Of a stretch of 64,000 bases of DNA, positions 63,101-64,000 are shown one piece after another; the stretch's first letter is position 1, and every line of letters starts with the position of its first letter. Made by a program: the position numbers and the translations under genes. The notes under the pieces are model-generated. The model saw only the letters and a program-made list of their open reading frames with translations, was not told the origin of the DNA and made no database searches. This DNA comes from Hydrolagus affinis (Eukaryota): positions 1 through 64,000 of the forward strand of contig JAAILG010001297.1 of assembly GCA_012026655.1 (NCBI GenBank), read 5' to 3'.

Positions 63101-64000
63101 CCTATCTGATCATATCCTTCCAGAATACCCACTCGACCACCCTCCCATCAAAACACTGGACCATCTATTAAGTGAAAACAATGTTAAGGTTTGCGGGGCG
63201 AGTGCTTGAAAATAGAATTAACAATAACTGAGGGAAACCTACAGTGGTGGAACAGACTGGGCTGCTGATAACGTTATTTTCAACAAACCTCTCTGGTTGA
63301 TCTGATCATACAGAGAGCAGAAAAGCCCCTATAGTTTTTGTTATTTCGGAACAAACAGGACAGCTCAATGAGTAAAGAATGAGAGGTGGGAATAAATCAC
63401 TGGGAAAACTGTCTAAGCCCAGTTCTCAAACTTCCAGGTCACACGTGGCCACGAAAGCATTCGCAGGCAGGTTGCGGTTTGTGGTTTAGCCAACACCGAG
63501 AGGAGTCGAGAGTCTATCAGGCCTGGTGTGTAAAAAAAATCCAATAAAACCTTTCAATTATCAGAGGAACAAATCAGTGTGTTCAAGTTCAGCGAGGTCG
63601 CATCTCCCAGGCTCCTGTCTCATTCTCAACAGCCGCACGAGCAGAGGACGGACGGATGGACGCACAGCGCAGGAGGAGAGCGCTCGCTCAGAGATGGGTG
63701 AAAATCCCCCAAATTCAGTCCTTTCGTTTTTTTTAAAAAAAAAGAAGCGAAAATAATTACGGCGGTTTGAGCACACAGCTCGAGGTCCAACGAGAGAGAG
63801 TGCGCACTCGGCTGCTTACACTGTTTGTTTAAAGGCTGCTGAATGCTTTTCAATTTTGCAAGGTGACAAGGTAATCTTCAGCAACAGACAGATGGATGGA
63901 CGGACGGCACCAGAACATAAATCCCCTCCCTTCCCCCGCTTCGTGAAACACGCTGGGATTAAAAACAAACCATCTTGATTTATCTGTGAGGCGCAGTGGC

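Larger units (their letters stand above)
49828..64000 (-). other. ZFHX3: ZFHX3 intron upstream of the exon
   Basis: Polypyrimidine tract plus AG at 49828-49850. The preceding zinc-finger exon does not appear in any ORF of the track. Confidence 0.8.

Noticed and set aside
1-64000. The many 60-150 aa ORFs in the six-frame track
   Set aside because: No recognisable domains, many with GTG/TTG starts or running through microsatellites and SINEs; expected by chance in vertebrate intronic DNA.

Overview
Vertebrate genomic DNA, AT-rich and almost entirely intronic. The only supportable coding sequence is one 232-bp internal exon on the minus strand (49596-49827, AG/GT bounded, phase 0 to 1) of ZFHX3/ATBF1, encoding the C2H2 finger [27 protein letters not shown]. 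The rest is the two large flanking introns. The repeat content suggests a cartilaginous fish, probably a holocephalan such as Callorhinchus milii (inference from the repeats). It includes a young tRNA-derived SINE with a Deu-domain body and L2-type 3' tail (more than 15 copies), older DeuSINE (SacSINE1/AmnSINE1-like), LF-SINE-like and AmnSINE2-like relics, and L2 and CR1 3' fragments. Nearly all other ORFs in the track look like chance ORFs. I see no convincing new multi-gene system. The best leads are: (1) an exon-like block about 340 bp downstream of the ZFHX3 exon, which could be a poison/NMD cassette or a truncating terminal exon with its own AATAAA and GU element; (2) several repeat-free blocks with developmental-enhancer motif grammar (Pbx-Hox plus Meis, CCAAT clusters, a hairpin); (3) SINE subfamily structure and SINE-LINE tail sharing. 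All repeat family names come from recognising consensus motifs from memory and need a Dfam/Repbase search. Repeat boundaries are approximate.
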